From NCBI GenBank assembly GCA_964494905.1, contig CAZBTU010000004.1, positions 1 to 54,743 of the forward strand: DNA of 54,743 nucleotides. Direction: 5' to 3'. This document shows, one piece after another, positions 9,089 through 19,058 of the stretch (position 1 is the first letter of the stretch; each line of letters opens with the position of its first letter). This DNA comes from an uncultured Pseudomonadales bacterium (GTDB taxonomy: Bacteria > Patescibacteriota > Microgenomatia > UBA1400 > PJMF01). Under the pieces are notes generated by a model. The model was not told the origin of the DNA. It searched no databases and saw only the letters and a list, made by a program, of their open reading frames with translations. The position numbers were made by a program, and so were the translations under genes.

Positions 9089-11281
9089 ATGGGAAGACGA
9101 AAAAAGCGCCTACCACTCAAGTTAACGGTTTTACCAGAGACACTTCAATCGATAGTGGCTGTTCTTTTTATCGTTGCCGGTTTGTTGGTAATCATATCTT
9201 TTTCAGGTCAAGGTGATATCTTGCAAAGGGTTAATTCGGCCCTGATCGTTCGGTTGGGGTTGTCGCTCTTAATCTTGCCGTTTACTTTAATTGCGGCTGG
9301 CCTGATGTTATTTCGGGCAAAATGGGCATGGTCCAAACCACATGTTTTACTCGGAACGGTTCTTATTTTCTTTGGAGTCTTAGCTGGTGGTCGAACAGGC
9401 AGCGTTGGTGAACAAACATTCCGCAATGCAGCAACTTTGCTCACACCGTATGGCAGTTACCTAGTGTTTTGGGCGATTGCCCTCAGCGGTTTCCTGATCA
9501 TGACTCAGTTATCAATAGCAGAGATTTTGGAAAAACTGGCGGCTTGGCGAGCAGCACGTGTCAATCGTAAGGCAGAAACCAGCACCAGCAGTCAAAAGGA
9601 CGAGCTAGAAGAGCAAAAATCCAGCCGGTTCCGTTTGCCAAAGCTGAGTATGCCTTTTGCAAAGAAGAAGGCCGAAGCCTTTAACATTAACGACAATAAT
9701 AATGCTTTGGCTGGTGAAGCAGATGACGACGCCACCACCACAGCTGTCGTTCCAGCTGCGGCAACACCACTGGCTGCACACGATATCGATCCTCTGACAG
9801 GTCAGGTATTAGCCCCAAACACTGCTCCTTTAATCTGGGAGTATCCGCCGATTTCTCTTCTTTCTACCTCTGAAGGTGGAGAGGCAAATCGCGGAGACGT
9901 TAAGCTCAACGCTGATGTGATTGAGAATACACTTGACTCATTTGGTATGCGCGCAAAAGTCAAAGAAGTAAACTACGGTCCTTCTGTAACGCAATACGCG
10001 CTCGAGATTACTCGGGGAACAAAGCTTTCACGTATTACCGCATTGGCAACTGACTTGGCGCTGGCTTTGGCTGCACCAACAGGACAGATTCGGATTGAAG
10101 CGCCCATTGCTGGTAGATCACTAGTAGGTATTGAGGTACCGAACTATTCCGCGCAATACGTCACTTTGCGCAAGATGCTGATGAGTCCACTTATGAAAAA
10201 GAATCCTTCAAAGTTGGCGGTGGCTTTGGGTATCAATGTGGCTGGTGAGCCTGTGGTGATGGATATTGCCAAGATGCCCCATCTTTTGATCGCTGGTGCT
10301 ACTGGATCTGGAAAGTCGGTTGCGATCAATACCTTCATTTGTTCAATTCTGTTTCGAGCCAGTCCGGCAGAAGTTAAGTTAATTTTGGTTGATCCGAAGC
10401 GAGTGGAGCTCACGGGCTATAACGACATTCCACACCTCCTAGTGCCAGTGATCGTTGATCCTAAAAAAGTCGTTTCTGCTCTCAAATGGGCCACACACGA
10501 AATGGAGCGACGTTACAAACAATTGGCTGAAGTTGGAGTCAAAAACATTGCTTCCTATAACGAGCTGTCTGGTTTGGTTGCTATGCCGAACATTGTGATT
10601 GTGATTGACGAGTTGGCAGATATTATGTTGTTTGCTCCAGGTGAGGTAGAAGAAAGTATCACTCGCATTGCTCAGATGGCCCGTGCCGTTGGTATCCATT
10701 TGGTGTTGGCAACACAGCGCCCATCGGTAGATGTCATTACTGGTCTGATTAAGGCCAACATTCCAGGCAGAATAGCCTTCAACGTTTCTTCCATGACTGA
10801 CTCTCGAGTTATTTTGGATACTCCTGGAGCTGAGAAGTTGCTTGGTAAGGGTGATATGTTATTTGTACCGCCTGATTTAGCCAAACCACTCCGTATTCAG
10901 GGTACGTATGTTTCTGACGCTGAAATTCGTGAGTTGATCAACTTCATCAAATCGCAAGGTCAAGCGCCTCAATACGAGGAGGATATAACTACGAAGTACA
11001 AAGCGGTCACACTCAAAGGTGGTTCTAGTGAGGCTGGAGATGATGGACAAAAAGACGATTTATTTGATGAAGTCGTTAAGTTTGTTGCCCGGGAAGGCAA
11101 GGGCTCATCATCTTCAATTCAGAGGCATTATTCAGTGGGCTACAATCGCGCCGCAAGAATTCTCGACCAGCTGCATGCGGCTGGTATCGTCGGCCCCCAG
11201 GATGGCAGTAAACCTCGTGAGGTTAACACCACCAAGGCTATGGATCACTTACGCGGCCTAGAGCAACAAGACCAATCCTAA
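9089..11281 (+). CDS. ftsK: DNA translocase FtsK/SpoIIIE
   Basis: N-terminal TM segments, Walker A 'GATGSGKSV', 'VIVIDELADIM', 'ATQRPSVDVITG', and a C-terminal gamma winged helix 'IQRHYSVGYNRAARILDQL'. Confidence 0.9.
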   Translation: MGRRKKRLPLKLTVLPETLQSIVAVLFIVAGLLVIISFSGQGDILQRVNSALIVRLGLSLLILPFTLIAAGLMLFRAKWAWSKPHVLLGTVLIFFGVLAGGRTGSVGEQTFRNAATLLTPYGSYLVFWAIALSGFLIMTQLSIAEILEKLAAWRAARVNRKAETSTSSQKDELEEQKSSRFRLPKLSMPFAKKKAEAFNINDNNNALAGEADDDATTTAVVPAAATPLAAHDIDPLTGQVLAPNTAPLIWEYPPISLLSTSEGGEANRGDVKLNADVIENTLDSFGMRAKVKEVNYGPSVTQYALEITRGTKLSRITALATDLALALAAPTGQIRIEAPIAGRSLVGIEVPNYSAQYVTLRKMLMSPLMKKNPSKLAVALGINVAGEPVVMDIAKMPHLLIAGATGSGKSVAINTFICSILFRASPAEVKLILVDPKRVELTGYNDIPHLLVPVIVDPKKVVSALKWATHEMERRYKQLAEVGVKNIASYNELSGLVAMPNIVIVIDELADIMLFAPGEVEESITRIAQMARAVGIHLVLATQRPSVDVITGLIKANIPGRIAFNVSSMTDSRVILDTPGAEKLLGKGDMLFVPPDLAKPLRIQGTYVSDAEIRELINFIKSQGQAPQYEEDITTKYKAVTLKGGSSEAGDDGQKDDLFDEVVKFVAREGKGSSSSIQRHYSVGYNRAARILDQLHAAGIVGPQDGSKPREVNTTKAMDHLRGLEQQDQS

Positions 11282-11300
11282 GCCTAAGAAGACCCTTGCT

Positions 11301-11309
11301 CCCCCCCCC
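11301..11309 (+). repeat. C9 homopolymer in the promoter spacer upstream of the DUF4349 gene
   Basis: Nine consecutive C between the -35-like TTGCTC (11296-11301) and the extended -10 TGcTACAAT (11318-11326). Confidence 0.9.
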
Positions 11310-11334
11310 TCTAAATCTGCTACAATTGGTTTAT

Positions 11335-12234
11335 ATGAACAAACGCACTCTCGTTCTTGTGGTTGCAGTTTTAGGGCTGTTGACTGTTTTGGCTTCAGGC
11401 AGAATGAACAAACTTCGTTTGGGAGAGGGCAGTGGCGTAGGGCTGATGATGAACCGTGATATGGTCACTTCTGTGGAGAAGGTGCCAGCTATTGAACCAG
11501 GAATGATGGGCAAAATCGCGTTCCCGTATCCGGGATCTGCTGGTGATGCTCTCCAAGTCGAGGACCGAGCACTTGAGTATAGTGCTTACCATGATGTGGT
11601 TGTCGATGATGTCCCAGAATATATGCAGCGAATGAGAGAGTACATCTTGAGCATCAATGGTAGAGTGTTGCACTGGAACCAAGGAAAACATTCACTGGAG
11701 CGATATCGCTATGGCACCATAACTGCAAAAGTTCCTGTGACTTCTTTTGAGGAAACAGTCAGTCGGGTTACTTCTGGGGTTGAGGAAGTGGTCTCAGAGA
11801 ACCAAAATATTGCGGATATAACAGGCGAGGTTGTGTACTCACAGGAACAAACTGAGAGCATCCGCGGTGAGATCGCTGTCCAAGAAGCAGCTCTGAGTGA
11901 AGCTACAACCGAAGTTGAACGAGTGCGGATTCGCAACCGATTGGACAGTTTACGCAAACAGCTTGAACAAGCAGAAAACCAGGGTGAGCAAATAGAAGAG
12001 CGCCAAGAATTCGCTACAATTTCCATCACCGTGGCTGATAGTGAGAGTTACTTCAATGGATCGTACAAACCCTCACTATTTGAAGAGTTGCGCCAAGCGA
12101 TGGAGTCGCTCCGTTACTCACTCAGTGGTGTGCTGGTAGTTATTATCTGGGTGGCAGTTTACAGTGTTATCTGGCTCCCACTTGTGCTAGGTGTTAATTA
12201 CGTAACCAAGTTTTTCAAGAGAAAAGCTAAGTAG
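11335..12234 (+). CDS. DUF4349-like protein (signal peptide, coiled coil, C-terminal TM anchor)
   Basis: 'MNKRTLVLVVAVLGLLTVLASG' signal, central coiled coil, C-terminal 'VLVVIIWVAVYSVIWLPLVLGV' TM. This is the architecture typical of DUF4349. I prefer the ATG at 11335 to the TTG at 11296. Confidence 0.6.
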   Translation: MNKRTLVLVVAVLGLLTVLASGRMNKLRLGEGSGVGLMMNRDMVTSVEKVPAIEPGMMGKIAFPYPGSAGDALQVEDRALEYSAYHDVVVDDVPEYMQRMREYILSINGRVLHWNQGKHSLERYRYGTITAKVPVTSFEETVSRVTSGVEEVVSENQNIADITGEVVYSQEQTESIRGEIAVQEAALSEATTEVERVRIRNRLDSLRKQLEQAENQGEQIEERQEFATISITVADSESYFNGSYKPSLFEELRQAMESLRYSLSGVLVVIIWVAVYSVIWLPLVLGVNYVTKFFKRKAK

Positions 12235-12249
12235 CCGGGAAGAACAATT

Positions 12250-15200
12250 ATGGGAGAAAGTGTATCCCCTGGTGAGAGGGAAACAGTTGATCACACTCAG
12301 GCCATTGCTCAGGAGCTTCGTGATAAGGGCGTCCAAGTTCTTGGGGACGAGGCTCGCCAAAATCCAGCGCAAGTACGGGAGTCGTTGCAGAAGGTTTCGG
12401 AACAACTTCCTGAAGTAGTAGTTGATGCTCAGCGTGCAGCAGAAAAGTTACAGCAAAATCCTGAGTATCAAGAACTGGGCAAGCAAGTGGACAATGTTGT
12501 TGCAGCTCTAGGCGAACACACTTCATCGGAACTTAACAAATTAGGGCAAGATCCAGCGTTCGTGCAGAAGTTGCGCGACGGCGATAAGGCAGCATGGGGT
12601 GAATTGGGTACCACAACCCAGCAACATGAGACAGAAGAGCATAAGGCGCAAACTGAGGCGTTAACTACTGCGGCAGCAAAATTCACAGAAGCCTTCAGGC
12701 AAAGAGATGACAAGCAACTTGAGGTGCTTGAGATCTGGGATGATCAAGAAAAGCAATTATATCTGGGTAAGGACAAAGGAAGTAAGCCAATTGGAGAAAA
12801 AGGGGCGTTAATTGATAAAGTGATTGAGCAAGCAGAAGCCATTGACGATCCTCAGAAGCGACAAGATTTTTTAGAAAAAAGAGCCAGAGGTAATATCAAT
12901 GATCAGATTGCTCGGGCTGAACGAAAGCTCACGACGCTTCAAACGCAACTATCTGAGCTACAAGCCAAAAAGGATAGATTTATTGCTCTCGCTCAGGCTG
13001 ATGGGCAAGCTGATAAAACTCAACTCGATCAGGAGAGAAAAGCGCTCACAGAAGAAATGGATCAGCTTCGAACAAATTTGGCTGATGCTCGAGATAACGG
13101 AATGTTGTCGAGTGGCAATGAGTACGGGGCGCGACACTTTTTGTCGAGAATTGACACGGCGATAGGAAATAATGATGGAGGGGTGCTCGGTCCTGTGTCC
13201 GCTGGTGAAATTTCGGGATTTTTTGATAAGTTAGAAAATGAAACTCAAGCGCTGACAGTAGCCGAGCTCAGAATACAACAAGCTCGGGAAAAAGTTGCTG
13301 AAGAAGCGACCAAAGCTGCTGCGCGAATGTCAGAACTGATTGCACTTGACCTTAGTGCCACTGGTGCTCAGGCAGAGCTTGATGACGTGGTTAAAAAAAT
13401 TACACAAACCCCTGAGGGTAAGATCTACACAGCTGAAATGACTGTGTTAGCAAACTTCCTTGCAGAAAAAGTTTCAAAAGCTAGAGAACAAATGTTGTCA
13501 GAAGAAGATAGTCGTGCTGATGCCATCAGTAGCAAGCTGATTGCAGAGTTGAGAGATACACTCGCTCGTTCTGAGCAGCCGGTTCAACAAGAAGAGCTGG
13601 TTCAGTTGTTGCAGCATACAATTGATCGCTTTAACAAGGTACTCGAGCGGGTAGAGCGACAGCAAGAGAAGAAAAAAGAGGGAACTGAGAAGCGTCCCAA
13701 TCCAAATGAGATTCGATCAGTAGTTCCACCTAGCTCTGAGTTGTCATCCCGACAAGGAGCGGCCGGTGGCGAGGCCCAGCCCCAAGCCGGGCGACAAGGT
13801 GAGGGCACCCCACTACCGGCGTCTCAATCAGAAAATCAGCAACAACCAGAGGCTACACAACAACCTGAATCTGTAGCCGAACTACCCCCCGACCAAACAA
13901 TAGACAAGCTCCAACAAGACTACACTCAGTTCAAGCAGTTGATTGATCAAGGTGCGTACCGCCAGCGTCACGACACCTTCACCCAATCTATGCTTGGTGT
14001 TAAGTCGAAACTTGATACACAGTTACAGTCAATTGATGCACAGTTACAAGCGCTCAAACCCGGTGAGGACAGAACGGGGCTTGCTGCGGAGCGTAGTCAA
14101 CTCATCCAGACACAAGAAAAGTTCCGAGAACTCCGAGATAAGGCAGCAGCGTATGACCAAGCACGTACAGGTGCAACTGCTGGGTTTGCCAATGCCCAGG
14201 AATTTGGACAAATTGACGCACTGCTGACCAAGTACGGACTATACTTCCAGGAGTTGCACAATAATGTTGCTATTGTTGATAGGACACTGAGACCGTGGGC
14301 TCAGTTGATTCAGCGTGAGGCCCAACGACTTGCTGCGCGCTGGAAGGAGAGCACGGATCCGAATGTTGTTCGATTCTTAGCTGATTATACAGAAGACCAG
14401 CTTCCCAACGGCTTTCATCGGGCTGTCAAGCAATCTGCAGACAAGCTGGGAAATGAAAAGAGTGTCGAACAGACCAGTGCGCAGCTAACCAGCGAGTTGG
14501 CTGGAGTTGGTTCATGGGATGAGTTAAAAGCCAAGCTCACTCAATACGCAGATGTGCCACTAGCAATCATGCACGGCAATGGTGTTTTGCAGATGAAGGC
14601 TGGAGAAATTATCACAATGTTAGAAAATGAGCGAGCTCAATATTCCTGCTCGGTTGATCAGTTAGGGACCCTTCAGCCCAGCAAGGAAGAGTACGAGCAA
14701 TCATTCCGGCTAGCATTTCCTTCATTACCTGACTTGGGTGCCAAAGCAGCGCAGCTGATTTCAGGCGAGAAGCGTGATGAATTATCGAGAATTTCTGGTC
14801 AGTTGTTGAGTCGGTCTTCGGCAAATCTCAAAGGATTTAGTGAGTTGTTGCGCTTGGGTGGTGATCATCTGCTGCTAGCGGGCGCTGACAAGCAGTTAAC
14901 CGATAGAGTTCGTTCATTCCGTGGACGTCAGGCACGCCTTTTTGGCAGAACATTCAACGTGCTTCCGAGCGTTAGTTTAGATCGATCGCGCTCAGGCGGA
15001 GGTTACTCGCTCTCTATTGGTTCGCGTGAGAAAAGTGGTGAACAGTCTGAACAGGCAGCACAGGCTAACCAGCTTGGTGTAAATGCCACTGAGTTAGCAG
15101 ACTACCTTGATACCTTGATGCAAACAAAAGAGCAATGGATGTGGAAGTCAAGGTTGGGAATACTGAGACAAAAAGTCACAAAAGAAGATGTCCTAAATAA

Positions 15201-15696
15201 GCTTGCCCAAGCAGGTGCCCCCAGAGAGAATCCGATCATACAGGCAGCTGCCGAGTATCTCCACGCGGAAGTGGTGGGTAGTCAGAAAAAAACAGAGAAC
15301 CAAGTAGTTTCTCCAGGAGTAATGCTCGGTATGGAAGGTCAGGGTAAACAGCGGACCGCAGTGGTTACACTCGAAACAGGAGCGCAAGCAAACATAGGGT
15401 ATGGAAGTGAGAGTCAGATCAGAACCAATAGAAGCATAGAATTTACTGACCTTGGTGCCAAGTACGCGACCCTTACACGTGGACCCGATGGTTCTGTTCG
15501 GTTTAGGCTGAATACGAACGCAGCTGCCTTTCATAATTTGAAGCCGGTACAGGGAGAAAATGGGGCGAGGGAGGTTATCTTGCCAGACAATCGGCCTGAT
15601 AATCCACACGTAATCCAAGTGGGTAAAGTCGCTCACACAATCAACGTTTCTGGCGGAACCGTGCGGTTGGCTACTAACTTTGGGCTACGAATGTAG
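12250..15696 (+). CDS. giant alpha-helical/coiled-coil protein, paralog A (1148 aa), unknown family
   Basis: Long uninterrupted ORF, Q/E/L/A-rich, no signal peptide or TM. N-terminal module shared with paralog B. Q/P-rich linker around 13740-13900. Confidence 0.7.
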   Translation: MGESVSPGERETVDHTQAIAQELRDKGVQVLGDEARQNPAQVRESLQKVSEQLPEVVVDAQRAAEKLQQNPEYQELGKQVDNVVAALGEHTSSELNKLGQDPAFVQKLRDGDKAAWGELGTTTQQHETEEHKAQTEALTTAAAKFTEAFRQRDDKQLEVLEIWDDQEKQLYLGKDKGSKPIGEKGALIDKVIEQAEAIDDPQKRQDFLEKRARGNINDQIARAERKLTTLQTQLSELQAKKDRFIALAQADGQADKTQLDQERKALTEEMDQLRTNLADARDNGMLSSGNEYGARHFLSRIDTAIGNNDGGVLGPVSAGEISGFFDKLENETQALTVAELRIQQAREKVAEEATKAAARMSELIALDLSATGAQAELDDVVKKITQTPEGKIYTAEMTVLANFLAEKVSKAREQMLSEEDSRADAISSKLIAELRDTLARSEQPVQQEELVQLLQHTIDRFNKVLERVERQQEKKKEGTEKRPNPNEIRSVVPPSSELSSRQGAAGGEAQPQAGRQGEGTPLPASQSENQQQPEATQQPESVAELPPDQTIDKLQQDYTQFKQLIDQGAYRQRHDTFTQSMLGVKSKLDTQLQSIDAQLQALKPGEDRTGLAAERSQLIQTQEKFRELRDKAAAYDQARTGATAGFANAQEFGQIDALLTKYGLYFQELHNNVAIVDRTLRPWAQLIQREAQRLAARWKESTDPNVVRFLADYTEDQLPNGFHRAVKQSADKLGNEKSVEQTSAQLTSELAGVGSWDELKAKLTQYADVPLAIMHGNGVLQMKAGEIITMLENERAQYSCSVDQLGTLQPSKEEYEQSFRLAFPSLPDLGAKAAQLISGEKRDELSRISGQLLSRSSANLKGFSELLRLGGDHLLLAGADKQLTDRVRSFRGRQARLFGRTFNVLPSVSLDRSRSGGGYSLSIGSREKSGEQSEQAAQANQLGVNATELADYLDTLMQTKEQWMWKSRLGILRQKVTKEDVLNKLAQAGAPRENPIIQAAAEYLHAEVVGSQKKTENQVVSPGVMLGMEGQGKQRTAVVTLETGAQANIGYGSESQIRTNRSIEFTDLGAKYATLTRGPDGSVRFRLNTNAAAFHNLKPVQGENGAREVILPDNRPDNPHVIQVGKVAHTINVSGGTVRLATNFGLRM

Positions 15697-15744
15697 TCTT
15701 TGGTGGTGCGCAGCGCTAAGTGAAAGCGTGAGAGTCTTGCATAT

Positions 15745-18700
15745 ATGTCAGAATCGAATCAATCACATACCAGTGCACCTCTAACCAGGGAACAACAACT
15801 GACTCATGATTTGCGCGATCAAGGCATGAGAGAGTTTCGCAGTACGGCTGAACAGGCTAGGCTCGATGCCCAGCCACTCGATTTGCACGTATTGAGAGAC
15901 CAGCTCGATTTGGTTAAACAACAACTGCCACAGATAATTCGAGAAGCACGCCAACATGTTCAAGATCGTCTGCAACAAAGTCATGCAGTACGGGAACTTC
16001 AACAGAAAATCACCGCACTACAGCAGGTTGTTCAGCAGCGACTAGCCCCTGATTCTCCGGTGCGCAAGATGCTTGAGGATCAACAGTTCCTGGATCAGCT
16101 CAGCATTGGCATACCTGGTTCATGGGATACTCTTGAGTCCGCTATTTTTGATTCAGAGCAGCTAAATCCATTTAATGCACGAGTCTCAAAACTCCAAACA
16201 GAACAACAGGAAGTTGCTACCGCGCATCGTTTGCAGCTTGATGCTTCTACCAACAAGCTGCGTGCGCAGCAGGTGATCGCCGAGGTTATGACTGAGTCAG
16301 CGTCCACCAATGTGAGAGCATTCATGACTGATACTGTGCAACGCGTCTCCAGTGAACCTGCCGATAATCAACAACAGCTGGCCGAGTCATTGTTGCGTGA
16401 TTTTGATAGTGGGCGGGTAGAAACTGCGACAGCAAATATTGCTACGGTAAAAAATGCTTTGGATCAGCTTGACGCCAAATCTATGGACATCGATAGGCTC
16501 ATCGCAGCAATTCCTGGCAATAATGATGTTGATAAGTTAAATCAGGCAGAAGCATCAGATCCCGTTATTCAAAGAGGTATTGAGTTAGCTAACCGCTTTC
16601 TGAGTCGGGTTGCTGAACCTCCACTCAACAGTGAATCTACTTCGATTGCGTACCTGGATGCTTTTTTTAAGCAACTGCCCCCCTTTGAGCAGGTCATGCA
16701 TCTGAGAGGAAATGTATTATCACTCTTGGATACTGTGTTTCAGAACGATTCGTTGTGGGATTCGGGAGAGAGAGAGATTGCAACTTTTCAGCAGATGTTT
16801 CAACAATTTACTGATTTACTTGGCGACAAAGCCGACTATCCAGCCAAATTACTCGGTACTGCGCAACTACACTACACTGCAAACAATCTCTGGAATGCAC
16901 TTATGAATGGTGACAGGCAAGGTGTTGCCGAAGTACGAGGTTTTTTTGATGCGGAGTTTAGCCAAACGGAATCATTGTATCAAGATTTTTTGAGGTATCA
17001 GAATCAAGAGCTCTCAAAAAGCCCGGTATTTCAAGAACACAAACAGACCCAGGCTGCGTATGAACAGCAGCTAGAAACTTTTTCTAAAGAGCTCGATGAT
17101 CTTTTGGTGCCGTCAGAGGCGGTTATCACTGGCGTCAAAGGACTCCACATCAAGCTTCGGGTTCTGCACCGTAGAAAAGATGAGCTGATATCGCGATTGC
17201 GGGACGCAACTGTCTTGACTAAGGATAGTCAAGTCTTGCAGGACGCCCGCAAGTACTTCATTAACTATTTAGCAAATGCCAGACAGGCAGCCACAGAGGC
17301 AGAAAGTGCTGTTGCAGCCTTCGCTGAACAGAGCAATCAAGACGAACGCATTGACATGTTGGTTGGCGACGTGCTGTTTATTGTGCGCAAACAGGCTCGG
17401 GAGAGAGAACTAGGAAGTGAGATTGTGACTGTCTCTACACAGATCGAGAACTCTCCAGAACAGGCGTTGCTTAAGGAGATTGAGCAGATCAGGAGTGCTG
17501 CCTTGCCAGACCAAGCACAACAAATCATTCAAGCAGTGCTCGCGCAGGTTGAGCAAAGTGGTTTTTCGAGTGCGTTGGCTGGAAGTGGCGATCAGCGCAT
17601 TGATGCATTTATTGGTAGGTTGGTTTCACAACTTCAGTCCGAAGTCATCCGCTCTCCAGGTATACTTGACGAGCAACAACTGACTGGTTTGCTTGACACT
17701 CAGATAGATCGTGTCGTGGATAGGATAGATGCTCACAGTCAGGAACAGCAGGTGAACGGACTGACTGAACAAGCAAGGCAAGCTGAAGTCAAAGTTCAAG
17801 CATTAGCGAGCAGATTCCCTGCTATTTCCAGAGAAAGAACGAGTCGTGACTACAGGGTGGCTTATGATAAGTGGACAGACGAAGTTGTTCTCAATCGACA
17901 ACTGTTGAATGATACACGCGAGGCGCTGCGTGTTATGTCGCTACAACAACTCACCCAACTTCAGAGCCAGCAACTGAGAGAAGCGCACTTGGTATTGGAT
18001 AGAGCAACAGAGACCCTCAATCTTGCAGTTGAACAAGCAACCATGTTTGATCAGAAACGACGCGATGTGGAAGAGCGGCTACAGCACACAAATAATCTTG
18101 ACGAACTCGATACGTTTGTAAGTAAAGCATATGATTTTTTTGCTGATTTGACTGGTTCTAAAAAGGCGGCAGATCGCATGAAAGACTACATTGTCCGGGT
18201 CAAGGTTGCTACCGTAATGTACGGTCCACAATGGGCCAAAGAGCCGTATATTGCTAGACATTTGATTGGTGTGCGTGATAAAGAACAAACCTTCCCAGAA
18301 TTTTTCTATGACGCACTCGTACGGTCTGCTGGTATAGAGGGGCAGCAGACAAGCTCTAAGGCTGAACAAGTTATCAAAAACTTAGAGCTGACGCCAGCTC
18401 CGAACTTGGTTTGGTTAGCGGAACACATACAAAGTGAAGGTGCGTTCAAGTATCCAACCTTTACATTCAAAGTTGGGACAGAAGACAGAGGCCATGAAAT
18501 GACTTTTAGCCAGCTGGCTGATTATTTAAAGGAAATTCAAAAAACAGAGTATGCGATCAATGCTGAACAAGAAATATCACCTAGCGAGGGCGAGTTTTTG
18601 CAGACTCTGACTCGCAAATTGCCGCCTAGGAGAGGACTCATTTCCTATGTTCAAAAACTCGCAGCGGAGGAACCGAGAGCTCTAGCGGCAAAAGACTTAA

Positions 18701-18981
18701 TTTCTGGCAATCTCTCGTCGTTGCAGCAGCTTGATACATTACTACGCGAGGCAGGAAGAGGCGTGAAGTTTGTCGCGCGAGACTCGGCTGTCGTTGACGC
18801 TCTGTCACTATCTCGATCATTGAGTGATTTCATGGTTGGTAAAAAGCAAATTCCGCTTGGGGTTTTTGATAGGCTAACTGCGCACCGGCGTGCGGTTGCA
18901 GCAGAAAAGTATTTGATTACGCAACAGAGCTTCCCTGATCACCCGATTACAACGCAAATTGCTCGACTCCTGACTGAGTAA
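15745..18981 (+). CDS. giant alpha-helical protein, paralog B (1078 aa), unknown family
   Basis: N-terminus homologous to paralog A ('LRD' at residues 23-25 in both). C-terminal ~270 aa homologous to paralog C. Confidence 0.7.
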   Translation: MSESNQSHTSAPLTREQQLTHDLRDQGMREFRSTAEQARLDAQPLDLHVLRDQLDLVKQQLPQIIREARQHVQDRLQQSHAVRELQQKITALQQVVQQRLAPDSPVRKMLEDQQFLDQLSIGIPGSWDTLESAIFDSEQLNPFNARVSKLQTEQQEVATAHRLQLDASTNKLRAQQVIAEVMTESASTNVRAFMTDTVQRVSSEPADNQQQLAESLLRDFDSGRVETATANIATVKNALDQLDAKSMDIDRLIAAIPGNNDVDKLNQAEASDPVIQRGIELANRFLSRVAEPPLNSESTSIAYLDAFFKQLPPFEQVMHLRGNVLSLLDTVFQNDSLWDSGEREIATFQQMFQQFTDLLGDKADYPAKLLGTAQLHYTANNLWNALMNGDRQGVAEVRGFFDAEFSQTESLYQDFLRYQNQELSKSPVFQEHKQTQAAYEQQLETFSKELDDLLVPSEAVITGVKGLHIKLRVLHRRKDELISRLRDATVLTKDSQVLQDARKYFINYLANARQAATEAESAVAAFAEQSNQDERIDMLVGDVLFIVRKQARERELGSEIVTVSTQIENSPEQALLKEIEQIRSAALPDQAQQIIQAVLAQVEQSGFSSALAGSGDQRIDAFIGRLVSQLQSEVIRSPGILDEQQLTGLLDTQIDRVVDRIDAHSQEQQVNGLTEQARQAEVKVQALASRFPAISRERTSRDYRVAYDKWTDEVVLNRQLLNDTREALRVMSLQQLTQLQSQQLREAHLVLDRATETLNLAVEQATMFDQKRRDVEERLQHTNNLDELDTFVSKAYDFFADLTGSKKAADRMKDYIVRVKVATVMYGPQWAKEPYIARHLIGVRDKEQTFPEFFYDALVRSAGIEGQQTSSKAEQVIKNLELTPAPNLVWLAEHIQSEGAFKYPTFTFKVGTEDRGHEMTFSQLADYLKEIQKTEYAINAEQEISPSEGEFLQTLTRKLPPRRGLISYVQKLAAEEPRALAAKDLISGNLSSLQQLDTLLREAGRGVKFVARDSAVVDALSLSRSLSDFMVGKKQIPLGVFDRLTAHRRAVAAEKYLITQQSFPDHPITTQIARLLTE

Positions 18982-19058
18982 TTGCGAAGGCAACTTCTTA
19001 AAAGAGAGTTTTGACGCTGAATCGTAAATCTGTCTCAGGTTTGCTATAGTGGAGTGGT

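Noticed and set aside
11296-11334. The TTG start at 11296 given by the ORF track for the DUF4349 gene.
   Set aside because: The ATG at 11335 yields a clean signal peptide and is preceded by an extended -10. The TTG extension would be translated through the C9 tract (PPP). It is kept only as an alternative in the phase-variation finding.
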